Shown here: positions 44,116 to 54,633 of the stretch, piece by piece
Layout of the letters: each line of letters opens with the position of its first letter
Position numbering within the stretch: the first letter of the stretch is position 1
Assembly: GCA_025454155.1 (NCBI GenBank)
Contig: JALOOZ010000009.1
Location: 1-57,558, forward strand
Source of the DNA: Thermodesulfobacteriota bacterium
GTDB lineage: Bacteria; Desulfobacterota; Desulfomonilia; UBA1062
Reading direction: 5' to 3'
Length of the DNA: 57,558 nucleotides
Translations under genes and position numbers: made by a program
Notes under the pieces: generated by a model
Told to the model about the DNA's origin: nothing
The model's input: the letters and a program-made list of their open reading frames with translations, nothing else
Database searches by the model: none

Positions 44116-45150
44116 TTATCCTCCACCGGCCAGCCGGATTATTTCAAGCTCCACATCTTTGAAGTCTTTCCGGTCTTTCTGTATCTCCCTGAAGATGGTC
44201 AAGGCATTGCTATTGTCACCCAGCGCCTTGTATGTCTGCGCGATCTCGTAGAGGATTCCGACCTTCATGTCCTTTGTCGCCTCTTCAAGGGTAACCGCCT
44301 GCCGCAGGGAATCCAGGGATTCATGGAAGAGACCCCTTTCACGAAAAGTCACACCGAGCATGACATAGGCGTCGTAGAGTTTTTCTCCTGTCCCCAGCAC
44401 CTTCTTGAATGCCTCGGTGGCCTCGTCCAGCAGTCCTGTCTCACGGTAGGCAAGTCCCATGTTGTACTGGAAGAGGGGGTCGTCCTTGCCCTCCTTCGAG
44501 GCGTTCTCCTGGATGGCCTTGAACACAGACTCCACACCGGTAGTGTCAACGGTATCATCAAAGTTTTCATCTATGGAGAAGCCTTCCAGTTCCTTTTCAA
44601 GCTGTCTGTCCAGCTCTTTGGTAAGGTCGTAGAAATCGGTGCGCTCGACCTCAGCTTTGGGAGCGGTCCTGGGGATGGGATCGGTCATGGCCTTATCCTT
44701 CACCTTGAAGGAATGGACCTTCTTGCTCACCTGGGTTATGGCAGGATCGAGCTCGGCAGCCTTCTGCATATACATGGTTGCCTCCACACTGTCTCCGTTC
44801 TTCTCCAGCATCTCCGAGAGCTTGACATATTGTGTGGCAGCCTCCCGCGAAAACCCCTGAACCTGGTACAGCTCAGCGAGTTTCTCATAGGGCCCTTCCC
44901 ATGTGGGATTGATCTTGATGGCCTGCTTGTACAGAGCGATGGCTTTCGGATAGAAGCCTTTGTCGCTGTAGGTCTCCCCCAGACGGACATATATCTCTGA
45001 GGCGTTCCTGAAATTCTCCGCCTTGAGGTAGAGGTCTCCAAGCTTCTTGAGGATCATGGTATCATTCGGTCGCTTCTCCAGGGCACCCTCGCAGGCGGCA
45101 ATCTCCTTTGATGCCTTGTTGCGCCCGAAGATCTTGTCGAATAGGCTCAT
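44116..45150 (-). CDS. Soluble TPR-repeat protein, first gene of the MglA-like cluster
   Basis: TPR helices at both ends (LGDLYLKAENFRNASEIYVRLGETYSDKGFYPKAIALYKQAIKINP..., YNMGLAYRETGLLDEATEAFKKVL) flank an acidic central linker. Confidence 0.75.
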   Translation of the reverse strand: MSLFDKIFGRNKASKEIAACEGALEKRPNDTMILKKLGDLYLKAENFRNASEIYVRLGETYSDKGFYPKAIALYKQAIKINPTWEGPYEKLAELYQVQGFSREAATQYVKLSEMLEKNGDSVEATMYMQKAAELDPAITQVSKKVHSFKVKDKAMTDPIPRTAPKAEVERTDFYDLTKELDRQLEKELEGFSIDENFDDTVDTTGVESVFKAIQENASKEGKDDPLFQYNMGLAYRETGLLDEATEAFKKVLGTGEKLYDAYVMLGVTFRERGLFHESLDSLRQAVTLEEATKDMKVGILYEIAQTYKALGDNSNALTIFREIQKDRKDFKDVELEIIRLAGGG

Positions 45151-45341
45151 CTCTTATTAAACCTTTCTGAGAATAGTACAAAACCGTCACAGGCCATGAT
45201 ATATGGTTCATCGGTGTTCAGGTATACAAACTTTAACCGGATTCTCCTGAGAACACAAGATGGGACACGCTGTCTTGCCATGGACGAAGAGCTTGACAAT
45301 ACATAGGGTATTCTCGTCAATGGGGAAACAGATCTGGTGGA

Positions 45342-45800
45342 TTGCATGCAACTTCTCGCGGTGGAGCGTGGCGGAAAGATAGGGCAATGACCCCTGTCTT
45401 TTCTCGAGAGGAATGTTTCGGTAGTATAGCTACTGTCAGCGGAGGAAGAATGGACTTCGTGCATCCCCGTATAGGTGAGGAGGTTGAGGCCATAGGTGGA
45501 TACTATCTCTTCATCAAGGAAGAGATTATCGACCATCCGTCCGGCAGGATACTGTATCTTGTCGGGTGTGCGGTGACGGACCGGGCATGCTGCGGTCCGT
45601 CAGGATGCGGCTATGCAGTGGTGGCAGGAAGGATCATGTCCCTGCATTCCGGCCGGACTGATGGAAACAGGCCTGTTTCTTCGCTCGAACCCCTGCAGCC
45701 GATTCTCCATGATGAGATTGCCCGGTACGTCCGTTCCCGGGAAGGAGTGAGCCAGGTGCAGTTCCTGCTCGAGGACGGACAGAGGGCAGTGCTTTTCTAG
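45342..45800 (+). CDS. Hypothetical Cys-rich protein
   Basis: A 152-aa ORF containing LVGCAVTDRACCGPSGCGYAVVAG. The start is uncertain (an alternative ATG lies at 45387). No family recognised. Confidence 0.4.
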   Translation: MHATSRGGAWRKDRAMTPVFSREECFGSIATVSGGRMDFVHPRIGEEVEAIGGYYLFIKEEIIDHPSGRILYLVGCAVTDRACCGPSGCGYAVVAGRIMSLHSGRTDGNRPVSSLEPLQPILHDEIARYVRSREGVSQVQFLLEDGQRAVLF

Positions 45801-45947
45801 CCCCTCAAATTCTTGAAACGGCCAAGGTTGAAGATGTTGTTCAAACATCTCGTTTTGTCAGTGCGATGATCTGGATATATCTGGTATAAACGGATGCGTA
45901 TGGTCATTGCCCATGCCGGACTTGAGAGAGAAGGAGAATCTCTCCCC

Positions 45948-46940
45948 ATGAAAGGGGAGACCCTTCTTGAGATCCATGACCTGCACACGCGATTCTTCAC
46001 CCCCGAGGGAGTGGTGAATGCCGTGGATGGGGTCGAACTGGAGCTCAAGAAAGGAGACACCCTTGGCATTGTGGGTGAGTCAGGCTGCGGGAAAACCGTG
46101 CTGGCACTGTCCATCCTCCGTCTGGTTCCTGATCCACCGGGCAGGATTGTCCGCGGGAGGATCGTGTTTCAGGGCATCGACCTGCTCGGCCTTGGGGATG
46201 AAGACATGCGTTCCATAAGAGGCAACAAGATATCGATGATCTTTCAGGAACCCATGACCTCACTGAATCCTGTATTCACCATCGGTTCGCAGATTGCAGA
46301 AGTGATCCTTCTCCACCAGCGGCACCTGGCGGGCAAACGGAAAGAGGCCTCGGCAGTGGCGGTGGATATGCTCCGGATGGTGGGTATATCGCAGCCGGAT
46401 AAAAGGGTGCATGACTATCCCCACCAATTGAGCGGCGGGATGTGCCAGCGAGTCATGATCGCCATGGCCATGGCCTGCAGACCTGCCCTGCTCATAGCCG
46501 ACGAACCCACCACAGCGCTCGATGTGACCACCCAGGCCCAGATTCTCAGGCTCATGGGTGACCTCAAGGAGGAGGTCGGCACCTCGGTCATACTGGTTAC
46601 CCATGATCTCGGGATTGTCGCCCAGGCATGTCAGGACGTGGCTGTCATGTATACCGGTCACGTGGTCGAGCATTCCCCTGCCCCTGCCCTTTTTTCAGAA
46701 CCCCTCCACCCTTACACCAAAGGCCTCATGCGGTCCATACCAAGGCTCAGCGACGGTTTCAGGGGAGAGCGGCTCCATGCTATCCCGGGAACCGTCCCTA
46801 CCCTCAGGGACATGCCCCAGGGATGTACCTTCCATCCACGATGCCCCGAAGCCATGGATATATGCCACAGGCAGTACCCGGGCGTGTTTCATCCGGCTCC
46901 AGGCCGCCAGGTTCGATGCTGGAGGTATGCCCGGTCATGA
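45948..46940 (+). CDS. Peptide/nickel-type ABC transporter ATP-binding protein (OppD/DppD-like)
   Basis: The start is moved to the ATG at 45948 behind AAGGAG. It has Walker A (GESGCGKT), signature LSGGMCQR, Walker B ([12 protein letters not shown]) and the C-terminal oligopeptide-type extension. Confidence 0.9.
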   Translation: MKGETLLEIHDLHTRFFTPEGVVNAVDGVELELKKGDTLGIVGESGCGKTVLALSILRLVPDPPGRIVRGRIVFQGIDLLGLGDEDMRSIRGNKISMIFQEPMTSLNPVFTIGSQIAEVILLHQRHLAGKRKEASAVAVDMLRMVGISQPDKRVHDYPHQLSGGMCQRVMIAMAMACRPALLIADEPTTALDVTTQAQILRLMGDLKEEVGTSVILVTHDLGIVAQACQDVAVMYTGHVVEHSPAPALFSEPLHPYTKGLMRSIPRLSDGFRGERLHAIPGTVPTLRDMPQGCTFHPRCPEAMDICHRQYPGVFHPAPGRQVRCWRYARS

Positions 46941-47899
46941 AGCCCATACTGTCCGTGCAAGGGGTCAGGAAATCCTTTCCCATACGTTCAGGCGCCTTCG
47001 GCAGATCCGCGGGTTCCATCCAAGCAGTGGATGGGGTGGACCTCGATCTCATGCCCAATGAGACCGTCGGGCTCGTGGGTGAGTCGGGCTGCGGCAAGAC
47101 GACGCTCGGAAAGCTGATCCTCCGGCTCGAACGCCCGGATGAGGGCAAGATTTTCTTTGAGGGGGAGGATGTCACCCGCGCCAGGGGTGCAAGGCTCAAG
47201 GATATGCGGAGAGGAATGCAGGTGGTCTTTCAGGACCCCTTCGGTTCGCTCAATCCGAGAAAGAAGGTTCGTTCCATCATAGAGGAGCCCATGATCATCC
47301 ATGGGACGGGAAGCAGCAGGGATATCAGGGAGAGGGCTCTCCAGCTCGTGGAACTTGTGGGATTGAGCCCCGACATGATGAGGCGGTATCCCCATGAGTT
47401 CTCAGGCGGCCAGCGTCAGAGAATCTGCATCGCCCGTGCACTTGCCATCAATCCCAAGGTGATTATCTGCGACGAACCGGTTTCGGCGCTCGATGTCTCC
47501 ATACAGGCCCAGGTCATCAACCTGCTGACCGATCTCCAGGAACGGCTTCACCTGTCCTATCTCTTCATCTCCCACGATCTCGCCGTGGTCGGTTATCTCT
47601 CCCACCGCACCGCTGTCATGTACCGGGGGCGTATTGTAGAGCTTGCGGCCTCCCGGACAATTTTCGCCCACCCCCTTCATCCCTACACCCAATGCCTCAT
47701 GGAGGCAGCCCCCGATGTCGGTGAAAAGCCCCGCGGCACAGGGCGGGTTCAGGAGCTTCACAGCACCCTGGGCATGCATCCGGACCAGGGGTGTGCATAC
47801 CGCGCATGCTGTCCTGCAAGCATCAATGCATGCTCTCAGACAAGACCTGTTCTGAAGGATGTCGGGGAAGGCCACTTGGTGGCCTGCACCCGCCTCTAG
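46937..47899 (+). CDS. Peptide/nickel-type ABC transporter ATP-binding protein (OppF/DppF-like)
   Basis: The ATG at 46937 overlaps the upstream stop (ATGA). [38 protein letters not shown] and VIICDEPVSALD. Confidence 0.9.
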   Translation: MKPILSVQGVRKSFPIRSGAFGRSAGSIQAVDGVDLDLMPNETVGLVGESGCGKTTLGKLILRLERPDEGKIFFEGEDVTRARGARLKDMRRGMQVVFQDPFGSLNPRKKVRSIIEEPMIIHGTGSSRDIRERALQLVELVGLSPDMMRRYPHEFSGGQRQRICIARALAINPKVIICDEPVSALDVSIQAQVINLLTDLQERLHLSYLFISHDLAVVGYLSHRTAVMYRGRIVELAASRTIFAHPLHPYTQCLMEAAPDVGEKPRGTGRVQELHSTLGMHPDQGCAYRACCPASINACSQTRPVLKDVGEGHLVACTRL

Positions 47900-47927
47900 G
47901 GTCGCGGACCGCGGCTCCATAAAAGGC

Positions 47928-47954
47928 TTGACATGAAGTCCGTGAGCATATAGT
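47928..47954 (+). promoter_or_regulatory. Putative sigma-70 promoter of rpsT
   Basis: TTGACA (47928-47933) and TATAGT (47949-47954). The spacer is only 15 nt, so this is tentative. Confidence 0.35.
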
Positions 47955-47999
47955 AAGATTCACCTCGTAGCTGTACGAAAAAAGGAGGAAATCGAGTCC

Positions 48000-48269
48000 A
48001 TGGCCAATCATCCTTCGGCCCTGAAGAGGCAGCGGCAGAGTGAAAAGCGGCGTTTGAGAAACAAGGGCCGTAAGTCCGCCATCAATACCACCATCAAGAA
48101 GATACAGACCTCTCTTTCCGAGAAGGACACCGACAAGGCGAGAGAGCTTTCCAAAGAGGCGATCTCACGCCTGGACAGCGCTGTAAACAAGGGCGCATTG
48201 CACCGGAAGACCGCTTCCCGGAGGATTTCCAGGCTCACGAAAAAGCTGAGTGCACAGATCCCCGGTTGA
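48000..48269 (+). CDS. rpsT: 30S ribosomal protein S20
   Basis: MANHPSALKRQRQSEKRRLRNKGRKSAINTTIKK. RBS AAGGAGGAA. Confidence 0.95.
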   Translation: MANHPSALKRQRQSEKRRLRNKGRKSAINTTIKKIQTSLSEKDTDKARELSKEAISRLDSAVNKGALHRKTASRRISRLTKKLSAQIPG

Positions 48270-48274
48270 TCGTT

Positions 48275-49267
48275 CTACGTCCTGACGGCTGTATGTGATG
48301 GGGGCCTGGAGAAAAGGACGAGGCGCCCGATCACTTCGGCCAGCGACGCAAATCCGTTTGTCACAGAGCTTGATTTGAGCTTCTGCTCGATTCCCCGGAC
48401 GTCTTTGAGGAGAGTGACGAGCTGGGATACATTCCACAGGGATTTCCTCTTGATCGCCTTCTCAGCCACATAGTCGTGGATCTTCATCTTTTTCCAGTCC
48501 CTGCCGGCGATCACCACGTAGTGGGTGATGGTGAGGTTTTCGATCCTGCTGATGATCTCGAGATCGCTGATCCCTGACAGTTCTATCTCGTACAGACGGG
48601 ACAGGACGTCTCTTTTCCGATCGAACAGGGAATCCAGAAATGCGAAAACAGCCGGTTCCACTGTCCGAGCGACCACCTCATGGACATCATCGATGGTGAC
48701 GGATTGTCTGTTGCCGGCATAGAGACAGAGCTTCACCGTTTCGCTGTCAAGATACCACAGACTGCTCCCGGTCAGGTCGGCAAGCAGCATGGCTGCATCC
48801 TTGTCCATCTTCTTCCCGTGAAACAAGGCCCTTTCCATGATCCAGCGTATACGATCGTTCCTGTTTCTCATGGGTTCGAACCTGATGACATCCGCCTTGG
48901 AATCGAACTTCTTGAGGAGTCTCACGAGGTCCCTGTCGGCCTTCTCGACCTCCAGGACGAGGATGAAGGTGGTGGCTTCGCATGGGTCCTCGAGGTATGA
49001 GACAAGCTGGTCCATCTGCCGGGCAGAGAGCTTGTGGCCGTTCCGGACGATGACGACTCTTCTTTCAGAGAGAAAAGGCAGCGTGTTGCAAAGATTGATG
49101 ATGTCGTCCATGTCCAGGTTCTCTTCTGCATTGAAGACCGACCAGTTCATGGAGGCATCACCCTCGAAGCGCCCCTTCATCCTGGTCAACTCCTCCTCCA
49201 CGAGAAAGCTTTCCATGCCGATGAACACGGCATTGTGAAAGGGGTTTTCTGCCCTGTTATCGCTCAT
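48275..49267 (-). CDS. holA: DNA polymerase III subunit delta
   Basis: It is ~330 aa with a HolA-like layout and sits in the conserved leuS-lptE-holA order. Similarity is judged by pattern and context. Confidence 0.75.
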   Translation of the reverse strand: MSDNRAENPFHNAVFIGMESFLVEEELTRMKGRFEGDASMNWSVFNAEENLDMDDIINLCNTLPFLSERRVVIVRNGHKLSARQMDQLVSYLEDPCEATTFILVLEVEKADRDLVRLLKKFDSKADVIRFEPMRNRNDRIRWIMERALFHGKKMDKDAAMLLADLTGSSLWYLDSETVKLCLYAGNRQSVTIDDVHEVVARTVEPAVFAFLDSLFDRKRDVLSRLYEIELSGISDLEIISRIENLTITHYVVIAGRDWKKMKIHDYVAEKAIKRKSLWNVSQLVTLLKDVRGIEQKLKSSSVTNGFASLAEVIGRLVLFSRPPSHTAVRT

Positions 49268-49737
49268 AGTTCCAATGAGGCCACGGCCCGAACGATCTGG
49301 AGTGAGACCTGTCCGCAGGCTTCCTCCAGTGCGTCCTCATCCTGACCTCCTTCGGAGAAGGCCCCCTGATCGGAGAAGGTCTGCTGCCAGATGATTGTGC
49401 CCATCGAGTCGCTCAAACGGACAAGAACACTTATGTAGAGCCGGTAGCGGTCCGTGGATGAGAGGGAGCCTGTCGTGGTCCGTTCCCGCCGGGCAGAAAT
49501 GATGGAACATGAGAGCCTCTGCCGCGGCTCGTCGGACGCGAGCATGCCCATGGTCGCAAAGGCCCGTTCAAGCTGAGAATCCAGCATCAACCCGGCCTCC
49601 CGGAGGTAGGTCCGGTTGACACTGGGCTCCAGAGCGATATCCTTTCCGGCTCGGGAACCCTCCGGGACGAAGCCGTATCTGCAGGAGGACAGGCTAGCCA
49701 GCAGAGACAATAAAATTAATAATTTTATTCGGGACAT
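49264..49737 (-). CDS. lptE: LPS-assembly lipoprotein LptE
   Basis: Lipobox LLASLSSC, ~157 aa, located immediately downstream of leuS as in many proteobacteria. Confidence 0.7.
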   Translation of the reverse strand: MSRIKLLILLSLLASLSSCRYGFVPEGSRAGKDIALEPSVNRTYLREAGLMLDSQLERAFATMGMLASDEPRQRLSCSIISARRERTTTGSLSSTDRYRLYISVLVRLSDSMGTIIWQQTFSDQGAFSEGGQDEDALEEACGQVSLQIVRAVASLEL

Positions 49738-52174
49738 AGATCACCTTCCGGATGGATGTCCCTTCGAGGAAACGCTTAACATTGGCGTCTTCCAGGGCCT
49801 TGCCTTCCACGAGAGACTGCTCGGCATCCTTGGGCACCTCGATGGTCGTCCGCAGCTTGCCGCTCACCTGAACGGCGATGATGACGTCCGTGTTCTGAGC
49901 CCATCGGGGATCGAATTCCGGCCATGGGTGGCCGAAAAGATGGCCGGACTTCCCCATGGCCTCCCATAGTTCATCCGCGATGTGGGGGACAAAGGGCGAG
50001 AGCATGATGAGGAGCTGTTCCACCGAGTGCTTCAGCACGGACACCTGGCCCTCGTTCTTCGCCGACTCCTTGGCCTTGTAGAGATCGTTGACCAGTTCCA
50101 TCATCGCTGCGATGGCCGTGTTGAACCGGAAACGCCTGTCAACGTCCTCGGTCACCTTCCGGATGGTCTGATGGGTCTTTCTCATCACCGGGACCATGTC
50201 GGAAGGAACATCTCCGAGTGCTGAAGACCCTGGCAGTTCCTTGATATCCGTAACGAGACGCCAGAGCCTGGCGAGGAACCGGTAGGTCCCTTCGATGCCC
50301 TGGTCGCTCCAGTCCATATCCTTTTCCGGCGGAGCGGCAAAGAGGGTGAAGAGCCTGGTGGCATCCGCGCCATAGCGGTTTATCATGTCTTCCGGGTCCA
50401 CCACGTTGCCCTTGGATTTGGACATCTTGGCCCCGTCCTTGATGACCATGCCCTGGGTGAGCAGCCGCTCGAAGGGTTCGTCGAAGTCCACATAGCCCAG
50501 ATCTCTGAGGACCATGGTGAAGAAGCGGGAATACATGAGGTGCAGTATTGCGTGCTCTATGCCCCCGATGTACTGGTCCACGGGCATCCAGTAGGCTACT
50601 TCGCCGCTGTCGAAGGCCTTGTCGGGGTGGTTGGGGCTGCAGTAGCGGATGAAGTACCAGGAAGATTCCACGAAGGTGTCCATGGTGTCTGTCTCCCGTT
50701 TCGCCCTGCCGGAGCATTTCGGACAGGTGGTGTTCACGAACGAGTCAACCTGGGCAATGGGTGATTCTCCCGTACCCGTGAGCTTCACGTCCTCGGGCAG
50801 GAGTATGGGCAGCTCCTCTTTTTTCACCGGTACGGTCCCGCACTTCTCGCAGTGTACCACCGGAATGGGCGCACCCCAGTAGCGCTGACGGGAAATACCC
50901 CAGTCGCGCAGTTTGAAATTGATCGTGGACTCACCCCTGCCCATGGATTGCAGATAGTCGGTGATCCCCTTCATGGCCTGGGTGTTTTTCATGCCGCTGA
51001 ATTGCTGTGAATTGATGAGGATACCTTCCCCTTCATAGGCCGCATCCATGGTTTCGGCCTTGACCTCCTCGCCCTCGGGCTGGATGACCACGATGATGGT
51101 GAGCCCGTATTTTTTTGCAAAATCGAAGTCGCGCTGATCGTGGGCAGGAACGGCCATGACTGCCCCTGTGCCGTAGTCATAGAGCACGAAGTTGGCCACA
51201 TAGATTGGCATCCTGAATCCGGTGAGCGGATTGATGCAGTGCCTGCCCGTGAATACACCCTCCTTTTCGTATGAATCCGATGTCCGGGTGATCTTGTCTT
51301 CCTTGAGGGTCTTGTCCACAAAACTCTTGACCGCCTTCTCCTGATCGGTCCCTTTGGGCAGGGTCTTGGCCAGTGGGTGCTCAGGGGCGATGCTCATGAA
51401 GGTAGCACCGTAGAGCGTGTCGGGCCGTGTGGTGAATACCTCGATATCCTCGCTGGTCCCTTCCATCTGGAACCGTATGAGCGAGCCTGTGCTCCTCCCT
51501 ATCCAGTTGCGCTGCATGATGAGAACACGCTCAGGCCAACCCTCCCTCAACCGCTCGATGTTGTCCAGGAGTTCCTGGGCGTACCTGGTGATCTTGAAGA
51601 ACCACTGGTCGTATTCCCTGAGATACACCTGGGTGCCGCAGCGCCAGCATTCCCCATCCTCCACCTGCTCGTTGGCAAGAACGGTCTTGCAGCTGTCGCA
51701 CCAGTTCAGGAAGGTTCGATCCTTGTAGACGAGACCTCTCTCATACATCTGGATGAAGAAGAGCTGCTCCCACCGGTAATACTCCGGGTCGCAGGTGGCG
51801 AACTCCCGGTCCCAGGCGTAGCTGAAACCCATGCGTTTGAGCTGGATCTTCATGTATTCGACATTCTCACGGGTCCATTTCTTCGGATGAACACCGCCCG
51901 CTATGGCAGCGTTCTCTGCAGGCATGCCGAAGGCGTCCCAGCCCATGGGATGGAGCACGTTGAACCCCTTCATCTTCTTGTAGCGGGCCACGACGTCGCC
52001 GATGGTGTAGTTCCGCACATGGCCCATGTGGATGCGCCCCGAAGGGTAGGGGAACATCTCGAGGAGATAGTACTTCTGTCTGGTCGTGTCTACTTCCACG
52101 TTGAAAAGTCCGGAGTCCTCCCAGACCTTCTGCCACTTGATCTCTATGGATTGAGGAATGTACTCGCCCGGCAT
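49694..52174 (-). CDS. leuS: Leucine-tRNA ligase
   Basis: [18 protein letters not shown] (HIGH motif), the KMSKSKGN motif and a length of 826 aa. Confidence 0.97.
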   Translation of the reverse strand: MPGEYIPQSIEIKWQKVWEDSGLFNVEVDTTRQKYYLLEMFPYPSGRIHMGHVRNYTIGDVVARYKKMKGFNVLHPMGWDAFGMPAENAAIAGGVHPKKWTRENVEYMKIQLKRMGFSYAWDREFATCDPEYYRWEQLFFIQMYERGLVYKDRTFLNWCDSCKTVLANEQVEDGECWRCGTQVYLREYDQWFFKITRYAQELLDNIERLREGWPERVLIMQRNWIGRSTGSLIRFQMEGTSEDIEVFTTRPDTLYGATFMSIAPEHPLAKTLPKGTDQEKAVKSFVDKTLKEDKITRTSDSYEKEGVFTGRHCINPLTGFRMPIYVANFVLYDYGTGAVMAVPAHDQRDFDFAKKYGLTIIVVIQPEGEEVKAETMDAAYEGEGILINSQQFSGMKNTQAMKGITDYLQSMGRGESTINFKLRDWGISRQRYWGAPIPVVHCEKCGTVPVKKEELPILLPEDVKLTGTGESPIAQVDSFVNTTCPKCSGRAKRETDTMDTFVESSWYFIRYCSPNHPDKAFDSGEVAYWMPVDQYIGGIEHAILHLMYSRFFTMVLRDLGYVDFDEPFERLLTQGMVIKDGAKMSKSKGNVVDPEDMINRYGADATRLFTLFAAPPEKDMDWSDQGIEGTYRFLARLWRLVTDIKELPGSSALGDVPSDMVPVMRKTHQTIRKVTEDVDRRFRFNTAIAAMMELVNDLYKAKESAKNEGQVSVLKHSVEQLLIMLSPFVPHIADELWEAMGKSGHLFGHPWPEFDPRWAQNTDVIIAVQVSGKLRTTIEVPKDAEQSLVEGKALEDANVKRFLEGTSIRKVIYVPNKIINFIVSAG

Positions 52175-52308
52175 GAAAAGGCCTCCTGAGCAATAATTGC
52201 TGCTTCCTTAACATATCCCTTCATGATTCGTCCAGTGCCGCTCATCGGTACGGTTCCAGGGTATTTGCACTTGCATTTCATGTCCATACTGATATGTAAG
52301 AAAGCACT

Positions 52309-54633
52309 ATGAGATGGCTTAAATTCATGCTCCTCGTCTGTGCGATCGCCTTCATCTTCGCGGGTGTATGGACCTACCTGCTGGTGTTCAAGGGGCTCCC
52401 CTCCGTTCAGGAACTCAAGGGTGAGGATACCGCCAAGCTCACCAAGGTCACCGCCGCGGATGGAACTCCCATAGGGTACTTCCCGCATCAGGGGCAGATC
52501 GTGATGAACGGGCACAACATCCCCATCACCCTCAAACAGGCCATCATCTCCGCCGAGGACGCCACCTTCTACGACCATGTCGGCCTTGAGCCGCGAAGGA
52601 TCTTGAGTGCGCTTATCGCCGATATCAAGGCGAACTCCTATGTCCAGGGTGCCTCCACTATCACGCAGCAGGTTGTAAGGTCTTATCTGCTCACACGGGA
52701 GAAGACCATCACGAGGAAACTCAGGGAGATCGTCCTGGCCCTGCGCATCGAAAAGACACTCACCAAAGAGCAAATCCTGAACCTCTATCTTGACCGCATC
52801 TATCTGGGCAGCGGGGCCTATGGAGTACAGGCGGCAAGTCTTCGCTACTTCGGAAAGGAATGTCGTGAACTGGAACTCTCGGAGATGGCGATGCTCGCGG
52901 GACTTGCTCCGGCACCGGCCCGGTATTCCCCGCTCAACGACTTTCCAACGTGCAAGCGCAGGCAATGGTACGTTCTCAGCCGCATGGTCAATGAAGGTTA
53001 CATTACCGAGGACGAGGCCAAGGAGGCATACAAGGAGCCCCTGAGGATCATTGCCAAAGATGCAGCCCTCTTCACTGACCAGCCTTATGTTACAGAGTAT
53101 GCGAGAACACTGGTGACCGAGAGGTTCGGGGAGGAGATCTTCGGCAAGGGGATCATCATTCGCACCTCCATAATCCCTGAGCTCCAGCGCGCAGCCAGGC
53201 TCGCAGTCCGGAAGGGGATCATCGAGCTGGAGATGCGTCAGGGAAAGTACCGTGGACCGGTTCGCGGCACAGTCCAGCCCGACGGAACTGTCCTGCCCCT
53301 GAGCCTGTCAGAGAAGGAGCGCATATTCGCATACCAGTCCAACCAGCTGGAATGGAAGGGCTACGAGCCGTATGAGCTCTACTGGGCCGAGGTCGTGGGT
53401 CTCGACCCTCTGACAGTGAAGCTCGGCACCAGGCGGCTCGAGCTTGGACCGGATAGCTATGCATGGATCAATCCGAAAGGGAGATGGCCCCTTAGGAATC
53501 ACCTGGAACAGGGTGATATGATCATGCTCTGCCAAACCCCCCGCGGCTTTGTCATATCCCAGCAGCCTTCCGTACAGGGGGTGCTCATGGCCTTCGACCT
53601 GGAGAAAGGCGGGATTCTGGCCATGGTGGGAGGATTCGACTACTCACAGAGCCAGTTCAATCGGGCCATCTTCGCCAAGAGGCAAAGCGGAAGCGCTATC
53701 AAGCCTTTTATCTATGCGGCAGCCATCGACAAGGGCATGACACCGGCTTCCATCATCTTCGATGCCCCGGTAACCTACAGGGCGGGGGCAGATGAGGAGA
53801 CGTGGCAGCCCAAGAACTTCGAGAACAAGTTCTACGGAGCCACCTCATTGAGGACCGGCCTGGTGCTGTCCAGGAATGTGGTCACCATCAAGATTCTGGG
53901 AGAGATCGGCCTGGATTACGCCCTCTCATACCTCAGACACTTCGACATGCAGGCAAATCTGCCACGCAACCTCTCCCTTGCCTTGGGTTCGGGCGACATG
54001 TCTCCCTACAGCCTGTTCAAGGGGTATGCCGTATTTGCCTCGTATGGGCTGAAATTCGAACCTCACCTGATAGAGAGTGTCGTTCAAAGCGGAAGGGGAA
54101 CGATCTTCCGCGCCCCTCCTTCCACTCCACAACCCACGGAGCCGGAAGGTGCGGTGCCTGTCCAGAATTCACGGGTGATTCCCGAGCAGACAGCATTCAT
54201 CATCACCAACATACTGAAGGACGTGGTGCAGGAGGGAACGGGCTGGAGGGCCAAGGCCCTCATGAGGCCTGTGGCAGGAAAGACCGGTACCAGTGACGAC
54301 AGCCGGGACACCTGGTTTGTGGGATACACCCCTGACGTGCTTTGCGGAGTCTGGGTGGGCTATGACAGCATGACATCCCTTGGTGACAGTGAAACCGGAG
54401 GCAAGACGGCCTGTCCCATCTTCGTCGATTTCATGACGACCGCACTGCGCGACAGACCGGTGCGGGACTTCAAGGTGCCTGAGGGTGTTGTGTTCGCCAA
54501 GGTCAACACACAGACCGGTCAGACAGCCTTGGAAGATTCTCCGGAGACGCGCTTCGAGGTCTTCAAGGAAGGAAGCGTTCCCGCTCCCGATAAGGGTGAA
54601 AGCGATGACCAACTGCTCAAGGAGGTCTTCTGA
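52309..54633 (+). CDS. mrcA: Bifunctional class A penicillin-binding protein (PBP1A type)
   Basis: Glycosyltransferase motifs (EDATFYDHVG, GASTITQQ, RKLRE) and transpeptidase motifs (SGSAIKP, SRN, KTGT). Confidence 0.92.
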   Translation: MRWLKFMLLVCAIAFIFAGVWTYLLVFKGLPSVQELKGEDTAKLTKVTAADGTPIGYFPHQGQIVMNGHNIPITLKQAIISAEDATFYDHVGLEPRRILSALIADIKANSYVQGASTITQQVVRSYLLTREKTITRKLREIVLALRIEKTLTKEQILNLYLDRIYLGSGAYGVQAASLRYFGKECRELELSEMAMLAGLAPAPARYSPLNDFPTCKRRQWYVLSRMVNEGYITEDEAKEAYKEPLRIIAKDAALFTDQPYVTEYARTLVTERFGEEIFGKGIIIRTSIIPELQRAARLAVRKGIIELEMRQGKYRGPVRGTVQPDGTVLPLSLSEKERIFAYQSNQLEWKGYEPYELYWAEVVGLDPLTVKLGTRRLELGPDSYAWINPKGRWPLRNHLEQGDMIMLCQTPRGFVISQQPSVQGVLMAFDLEKGGILAMVGGFDYSQSQFNRAIFAKRQSGSAIKPFIYAAAIDKGMTPASIIFDAPVTYRAGADEETWQPKNFENKFYGATSLRTGLVLSRNVVTIKILGEIGLDYALSYLRHFDMQANLPRNLSLALGSGDMSPYSLFKGYAVFASYGLKFEPHLIESVVQSGRGTIFRAPPSTPQPTEPEGAVPVQNSRVIPEQTAFIITNILKDVVQEGTGWRAKALMRPVAGKTGTSDDSRDTWFVGYTPDVLCGVWVGYDSMTSLGDSETGGKTACPIFVDFMTTALRDRPVRDFKVPEGVVFAKVNTQTGQTALEDSPETRFEVFKEGSVPAPDKGESDDQLLKEVF

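Noticed and set aside
52240-52270. A sigma-54-like GG...TTGCA string upstream of mrcA (GGTTCCAGGGTATTTGCACTTGCA).
   Set aside because: In every register I tried, the GG-to-GC spacing does not fit the fixed -24/-12 geometry.
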